Below are positions 58,283 through 64,000 of a stretch of DNA of 64,000 nt, piece by piece. The notes below the pieces were generated by a model. That model ran no database searches, was not told the DNA's origin, and saw only the letters and a program-made list of their open reading frames with translations. Made by a program: the position numbers and the translations under genes. The DNA lies in assembly GCA_030765145.1 (NCBI GenBank), contig JAVCDA010000002.1:16320-80319 (forward strand), read 5' to 3'. Position 1 is the stretch's first letter. The number at the start of each line of letters is the position of its first letter. This DNA comes from Candidatus Saelkia tenebricola (GTDB lineage: Bacteria; Omnitrophota; Gorgyraeia; Kaelpiales; Kaelpiaceae).

Positions 58283-59269
58283 CTATTTAATCCAAGGCAT
58301 CATCTTACGAAGCTTGGCTCCGACTTTTTCTATTTTTTCTCCCTCTGCCTTTTTCCTTGCAGCAAGGAATTTCTTCCTACCGGCTTTATTCTCTTCAATC
58401 CATTCTTTTGCAAAACTACCTGACTGAATCTCTTTTAAAATCTTTTTCATCTCAAGACGAGTCTTGCTGTCAATTATTCGTTTACCTCTTGTGTAATCCC
58501 CGTATTCTGCGGTATCTGATATAACATACCGCATTTTTTGGATTCCATGTTTATACATTAAATCAACAATAAGCTTTAACTCATGAAGACACTCAAAATA
58601 AGCAATTTCAGGCTGATATCCTGCATTCGTAAGAGTATCAAACCCTGCTTTAACGAGTTCTGTTGCCCCACCACATAATACAGCCTGTTCACCAAACAAA
58701 TCGGTCTCAGTTTCTTCTTTAAAAGTTGTCTCTATAACACCTGCCCTTGTACCTCCAATTGCCTTAGCAAATGCCAAAGCAATTTTTTTAGCCTGTTTTG
58801 TAGCATCCTGGTATACAGCAATAAGACAAGGAACACCTTTTTTCTCTAGATACATATCGCGAACAAGCGTGCCTGGACCTTTAGGAGCTACCATAAAAAT
58901 ATCAATAGACTTTGAAGGAATAATCTGCTTGAAATGAATATTAAAACCGTGTGAAAAGCTTATTGCAGCATCTTTTTTTAAGTATGGCTTAATTTGCTGA
59001 TAAATAATTGCCTGAACATGATCCTGAGCAAGCATATGAATGATATCTGCACATTTAGCTGCCTCAACAGCTGTTGTAGGCTTGAAACCTTCTTGTACAG
59101 CTAGTTTATAATTGAGTGTATTTTTAAGTTCTGCAATTATAACTTTTATTCCGCTATCGCGCAGATTTAAAGCTTGAGCTCTACCTTGAGCACCGTACCC
59201 GATAATTGCTACGGTTTTCTTTTTAATAACACCAAGATTTGCATCTTTATCGTAATATACTTTTGCCAT
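58283..59269 (-). CDS. ilvC: Ketol-acid reductoisomerase
   Basis: [46 protein letters not shown]. Confidence 0.98.
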   Translation of the reverse strand: MAKVYYDKDANLGVIKKKTVAIIGYGAQGRAQALNLRDSGIKVIIAELKNTLNYKLAVQEGFKPTTAVEAAKCADIIHMLAQDHVQAIIYQQIKPYLKKDAAISFSHGFNIHFKQIIPSKSIDIFMVAPKGPGTLVRDMYLEKKGVPCLIAVYQDATKQAKKIALAFAKAIGGTRAGVIETTFKEETETDLFGEQAVLCGGATELVKAGFDTLTNAGYQPEIAYFECLHELKLIVDLMYKHGIQKMRYVISDTAEYGDYTRGKRIIDSKTRLEMKKILKEIQSGSFAKEWIEENKAGRKKFLAARKKAEGEKIEKVGAKLRKMMPWIK

Positions 59270-59285
59270 TTTTAATACCTCCTTA

Positions 59286-59762
59286 TTATTCTTTACCTAT
59301 TGCAATAACTCCTGTACGCATTACTTCCTTGATACCATAAGGCTTAAGAAGTTTTAAAGCAGTTAATATTTTATCTTTATTGCCGACTATTTCAACACAC
59401 ACTGATTTAAGACCAACATGCAAAATGCTCCCCTCTAATATCTCAACAACTTCAATTATATGAGATCTGTTCTGAGCTGTCAGAGTTATCTTCAAAAGCA
59501 AAATCTCTCTATCAATAAAATCTTTTTTGGTAAAGTCCTGAATAGATACCACATCGATGAGTTTATTGAGCTGTTTTTTAACCTGTTCAAATGTCTTTTC
59601 ATTTGCATTAACAACTATTGTCATACGTGATGTATCCGGCGATTCAGTCTCAGCAACAGCTAAAGAATTGATATTAAAACCTCTGGCACTAAATAGGCCT
59701 GCAACACGGGCTAAAACACCGAACTTATTCTCAACTAGAATAGATAATACATAGTTTTTCAT
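59286..59762 (-). CDS. ilvN: Acetolactate synthase small (regulatory) subunit
   Basis: [36 protein letters not shown]. Confidence 0.96.
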   Translation of the reverse strand: MKNYVLSILVENKFGVLARVAGLFSARGFNINSLAVAETESPDTSRMTIVVNANEKTFEQVKKQLNKLIDVVSIQDFTKKDFIDREILLLKITLTAQNRSHIIEVVEILEGSILHVGLKSVCVEIVGNKDKILTALKLLKPYGIKEVMRTGVIAIGKE

Positions 59763-59764
59763 AT

Positions 59765-61435
59765 TTACGCCATCCCTCCTATCATTCTGTCAATAGCCTC
59801 ACCCGCAGGTACCATAGGAAAAACATTTTCAAATTCCTCAACCATAAAATTAATCACAACAGGTTTGGTCTTACTCTTTAGAGCTTTTTTCAAAGCAGGG
59901 ACAACCTCTGTTTTTTTAGTAACTTTTATTCCTATTGCACCATAAGCTTTTGCTATCTCAACAAAATCAGGACTCTTAAGGCATGTATATGAATATCGTT
60001 CTTTATAAAACAATTCTTGCCACTGTCTTACCATACCTAAACAACCATTGTTTAATATTGCAATAATCACAGGAATTTTACCAGTAACAGCTGTTGCAAG
60101 CTCCTGGATATTCATCTGTATTGAACCATCTCCTGCAATATCTATAACTATCTTTTCGGGATTCCCTACCTTAGCACCTATTGCTGCAGGAAAACCGTAT
60201 CCCATAGTTCCAAGACCACCAGATGATAAAAATGTCCTTGGTCGGGTATACTTATACCAGTGAGCAGACCACATTTGATTCTGTCCCACTTCAGTTGTAA
60301 TAATGGCTTCTCCTTTTGTTACCTCGTAAATCTTCTCAATAACATACTGAGGCTTTAGCTTACCACCCGTTTGATATTTTAAGGGAAAATCTTTTTTCCA
60401 GGTTTTAACCTGCTTAATCCAGTCCTTTATCTCAGGTTTTTTAACCATTTTATTTAGTTCCTGCAGGATACTTTTAGCATCCCCGACTATAGGAACATCT
60501 ACATCAACATTTTTACTAATTGCTGAAGGATCAATATCAATATGTATTATTTTAGCATGAGGGGCAAAAGCCTCGATTTTACCAGTCACTCTATCATCGA
60601 ATCTAGCGCCAACAGCAATAATTAAATCCGAATTCTGGATTGCCAGATTTGCAAAAACAGTACCATGCATGCCGAGCATAGCAAGAGAAAGTTCATGGTC
60701 TTGAGGAAACCCCCCTAACCCCATAAGTGTCATTGTAACAGGTATCTGACATTTCTCAGCCAACTTTTTAAGTTCTTTATGAGCTCCGGAAATAATTACA
60801 CCTCCACCTGCATAAATAACTGGTTTTCTGGATTTCGCAATCAAATCGCTTGCTTTTTTAATCTGAAGAGGATGCCCTTGAGTTACAGGTTTATATCCAC
60901 GCATTGAAACTTTGTTCTGATAGTGAAAATCCATCTTTTGAAGAGTTATATCAACCGGTAAATCTATTACAACAGGACCAGGTCTACCAGTTGAGGCACA
61001 GTGAAAAGCCTCTTTAATTGTTGGTCCAAGCTCTTTTATATCTTTTACAAGATAGTTATATTTTGTAATCGGACGCGTTATACCTGTTGTATCTGCTTCC
61101 TGAAAAGCATCATTTCCTATCAAGTGTGTTTTAACCTGACCTGTAATACAGACCAAAGGTATCGAATCCATATAAGCTGTAGCAATACCGGTTACAAGGT
61201 TAGTTGCTCCAGGACCTGAGGTAGCAATACATACTCCTACACGACCTGTACTTCTGGCATAACCATCTGCGGCATGTACTGCACCTTGCTCATGACGAGT
61301 AAGAATAAATTCAACAGGGGCATCGTATAAAACATCAAAAAGAGGCAAAACTGAACCTCCGGGATAACCGAAAATATGCTTTACCCCCTCTTTTTTTAAT
61401 GCTTCAACAACAATTTGTGCACCAGTCATCTTCAT
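59765..61435 (-). CDS. ilvB: Acetolactate synthase large subunit
   Basis: [44 protein letters not shown]. Confidence 0.98.
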   Translation of the reverse strand: MKMTGAQIVVEALKKEGVKHIFGYPGGSVLPLFDVLYDAPVEFILTRHEQGAVHAADGYARSTGRVGVCIATSGPGATNLVTGIATAYMDSIPLVCITGQVKTHLIGNDAFQEADTTGITRPITKYNYLVKDIKELGPTIKEAFHCASTGRPGPVVIDLPVDITLQKMDFHYQNKVSMRGYKPVTQGHPLQIKKASDLIAKSRKPVIYAGGGVIISGAHKELKKLAEKCQIPVTMTLMGLGGFPQDHELSLAMLGMHGTVFANLAIQNSDLIIAVGARFDDRVTGKIEAFAPHAKIIHIDIDPSAISKNVDVDVPIVGDAKSILQELNKMVKKPEIKDWIKQVKTWKKDFPLKYQTGGKLKPQYVIEKIYEVTKGEAIITTEVGQNQMWSAHWYKYTRPRTFLSSGGLGTMGYGFPAAIGAKVGNPEKIVIDIAGDGSIQMNIQELATAVTGKIPVIIAILNNGCLGMVRQWQELFYKERYSYTCLKSPDFVEIAKAYGAIGIKVTKKTEVVPALKKALKSKTKPVVINFMVEEFENVFPMVPAGEAIDRMIGGMA

Positions 61436-61444
61436 AGCTTGATT

Positions 61445-61473
61445 AATATATCAGAATTATATAATTATATCAA
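61445..61473 (-). promoter_or_regulatory. Putative (near-)leaderless sigma70 promoter of ilvBNC
   Basis: Minus strand TTGATA-17 nt-(TGA)TATATT, 9 nt before the ATG; no SD. Confidence 0.55.
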
Positions 61474-61494
61474 GATTTTTTAGTGTACAACCAT

Positions 61495-62466
61495 TTAATA
61501 TTGCCCGACTATCTCCTCCATTACATCTTCAAGAGTAACTATTCCTACCACCATACCTATAGAATTACGTATCCCAACCATATGAACATTATTTTTAAGC
61601 ATTTTTATCAAAAGACAATCTAAATATGTATTATCATCCACATAGAACAATGGATGTATTAATTCTGTTATCATCATTCCATCTTCAATATCCTGAATTA
61701 AAAAATCCATATAATTAATCAAACCTATATATTCTTCCTTTTCTTTATCATAGATAGGAAGACGCGAAAAATTATACTTTTTGAATTCATCTACTGTTGC
61801 TTGAATCCCGATATTTTTATCTATAGCCACAACTTTTTTAATTGGAATCATAATCTCCTTGACCTGTCTTTTACCTAAATCAAAGACTTTATAAAGTATC
61901 GTTGTCTCATGATCTTCTAATAATCCTTTCTCTTCACTTTTTGATATCACAGCTTTTATCTGATCTTTGGTTCGTATCGTTTTTATGCGCATAGGAACAT
62001 TAGTAAAAAAATTTATTAATCTTGAAGGCAGAAAGTAAAAGATACAAGAGAGCGGATACATCAGGTAGTACATTATTTGGAATATTTTCACTGCATGAAA
62101 AACCAAGATTGGTTTTGTGCGGAAGATGCTCTTAGGTAAAATTTCTGCGAATATAATACTTATAGGTGTTATGAAGACAACTGTCAATAATTCAGCTTCC
62201 GAACCTTTTAAAAATTTAATAGCTGTTGAAAGAAATATCATAACAGCACCGGTCAAAGCAAAATTGGTAGCTACAAGCGTGATACTTACCAGCTTCTCTG
62301 TATTATTCATCCTTTTTAACAACCAGATATAAGATCGTCTTTTTGAATTACGCATCTCTTCAACCATGGAAACAGGAACTGACATAAGTCCTGTTTCATA
62401 CCCCGAAGAAAACCCGGCTAATGCTAAAAATAAAAATAAATATAATAAAAGAGTTATTATCCCCAT
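61495..62466 (-). CDS. CNNM (DUF21)/CBS domain membrane protein lacking the CorC_HlyC tail
   Basis: FSSGYETG, FAEILPK, CBS pair (FSRLPIY, GIVTLEDVMEEIVG). Confidence 0.9.
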   Translation of the reverse strand: MGIITLLLYLFLFLALAGFSSGYETGLMSVPVSMVEEMRNSKRRSYIWLLKRMNNTEKLVSITLVATNFALTGAVMIFLSTAIKFLKGSEAELLTVVFITPISIIFAEILPKSIFRTKPILVFHAVKIFQIMYYLMYPLSCIFYFLPSRLINFFTNVPMRIKTIRTKDQIKAVISKSEEKGLLEDHETTILYKVFDLGKRQVKEIMIPIKKVVAIDKNIGIQATVDEFKKYNFSRLPIYDKEKEEYIGLINYMDFLIQDIEDGMMITELIHPLFYVDDNTYLDCLLIKMLKNNVHMVGIRNSIGMVVGIVTLEDVMEEIVGQY

Positions 62467-62467
62467 A

Positions 62468-63702
62468 TTAATCGTTCATTTTTTTAATAGTTACTTTTTT
62501 AATTTTATTTCTGCTTACTTCGTCAATAAAAAACTTCAAATTCCTGTATTCAATTGACTGTCCACTAGAGGGAATTTTCTGAAACAAATTAAAAAGAAAT
62601 CCTGTCAGAGATGATATCCCCCCATTTTCAATCTTAAATTTAAAACCTCGCTTAATTCGTTTAAAGAAACATTGCCCGAAATATGATATGTCGAAGAATC
62701 GATTACTGTTATTCTGCTTTTTTCTCTTCTAAACTCATTTTCTATTTCACCTACCAGCTCCTCCAGTATATCTTCCAATGTCACAATTCCTGCAGTACCA
62801 CCGTATTCATCAACAATAATAGACATTTCTTCGTTTCTTTCTCTAAACTGTAGAAGAAGCTCATCTATTTTCATTTGTTCGGGAATTGCTAATAGCGGAT
62901 GTATTAATTCCTGCCAATCAGAAAAATGTTTCAAGAGTAAATCTCGGGCATATAATACTCCTATAATATTATCTATAGTTTTTTCATACACAGGAAATTT
63001 AGTATGTTTTTCCTTCTTAATAAGATCTTTAATCTCTGCTAAAGACAAGTTTTTAGAACAAGATATGATTTCTACTCTAGGGGTCATGATTTCTTTTACC
63101 CATCTTTTACCGAAATCCAAAACCTTCTCAACTAAAATTCTTTCTCCTTTTTCCAATATACCTTTATCTTCTCCGGCTTTGACGATTGCGTAAAGTTCAG
63201 ACAGTGCCGGTTTGGTTTCCAGAGATCTTATATCTATATCTATAAATAACGCTAGTTTTTTAGTAGTTTTTGTCAAAATTTTCTCAAGTGGAGAAATTAA
63301 CCCCGATGAGACCGAAAGAAAAAAGGTTGAGAAAACAGAAAATTTATCAGCAAATCTTAAAGCAATCAGCTTCGGAAATATTTCTCCCAGGAATAATATA
63401 ACCGATGTAACAATTAATATTGATATAAAGATACTAAATTCCGGATAAAAATGATAAAAAAGCGCACCGACAATACTTGCTGTAACTGTATTTGCAATGG
63501 TATTTCCCGTAATAATAAGAGAAATTGTATCAGTAGGTCGGATTAAAAAAGACCTCAATCTTTTCCAAGCTTTAATATTTTTATGTTTGAGCTCGATTTT
63601 TTCATATTCCGTTAAGGAAAAAATTGCACTTTCAGAAGAGGAATATAAAGCTGAAAGAATCAAAAATAACGGCAGGAGTATATAATGGAGCAAAACATTC
63701 AT
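62468..63702 (-). CDS. CNNM/CBS/CorC_HlyC (hemolysin family) protein, frameshifted near its 3' end
   Basis: SSSESA, LGEIFPK, VDEYGGTAGIVTLEDILEELVGEI. The 0-frame stops at 62605, while the -1 frame continues ...SSLTGFLFNLFQKIPSSGQSIEYRNLKFFIDEVSRNKIKKVTI to TAA at 62468. Confidence 0.85.
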
Positions 63703-64000
63703 CTGTAAAGATTGTAGGCATTAATGTAATCAACTGTTTTATCTGACATCAGATAGCGAATGGATTTATTATCTTTCACTCTTTTACGTAAGTAAGAAGA
63801 GGAGATAGAAATTTTGGGCATTATAAGTTTTTCCATTTTGACATCAACCGGATTTTTTATATCAAAATTTTCTCTCCCGGCAACTATAAAACCAGCTATT
63901 TTAATCAGTTTGGAATAATTTTTCCACGTTCCAATTTCCTTGAAAGCATCTGAACCTAAAATAAAGTAGAATTCCGTTTGAGGATATTTTTTTATGAGTT
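63699..64000 (-). CDS. nadD: Nicotinate-nucleotide adenylyltransferase (3' part, runs off the window end)
   Basis: Manual translation: FYFILGSDAFKEIGTWKNY...ISSSYLRKRV...SIRYLM...V..YI..YNLYR*. Confidence 0.92.
   Translation of the reverse strand, partial: LIKKYPQTEFYFILGSDAFKEIGTWKNYSKLIKIAGFIVAGRENFDIKNPVDVKMEKLIMPKISISSSYLRKRVKDNKSIRYLMSDKTVDYINAYNLYR

Noticed and set aside
527-63685. Many short plus-strand ORFs in the ORF track (e.g. 9912-10484, 44704-45081, 53601-53972)
   Set aside because: Antisense shadows of well-supported minus-strand genes, with no family motifs or SD sites.

Overview
AT-rich bacterial chromosomal window with almost every gene on the minus strand and tight stop/start overlaps. 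Gene content and style suggest a Gram-negative anaerobe such as Ca. Omnitrophota, which is an inference only. Most of it is housekeeping: polA 5' end, larBC, tsaD, ctpA, gatCAB, panB, lepA, rpe, trpDCFBA, ilvBNC and the nadD 3' end. The outstanding feature lies between lepA and panB (~18.7-39.5 kb). It is a Wzm/Wzt-type glycan export locus with four glycosyltransferases and three radical-SAM proteins that together carry eight CxxxCxxC radical-SAM domains (4 in a 1928-aa protein, 3 in a 1310-aa protein, 1 in a 573-aa protein). Four of these domains are cobalamin-binding type and four are SPASM/twitch type. The locus also has an embedded CBM-like domain, a domain family shared by the Wzt C-terminus and two adjacent orphan genes, and tandem nitroreductases. 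It looks like an undescribed multi-radical-SAM glycan-tailoring assembly line. Other points: a bactofilin-HTH fusion paired with a membrane-anchored HTH protein, a secreted kinase-like orphan, a -1 frameshift in a CNNM/CorC gene at a canonical slippery heptamer, an uncalled 54-aa ORF, and several apparently leaderless promoters. No rRNA, tRNA, CRISPR array or IS element was recognised.
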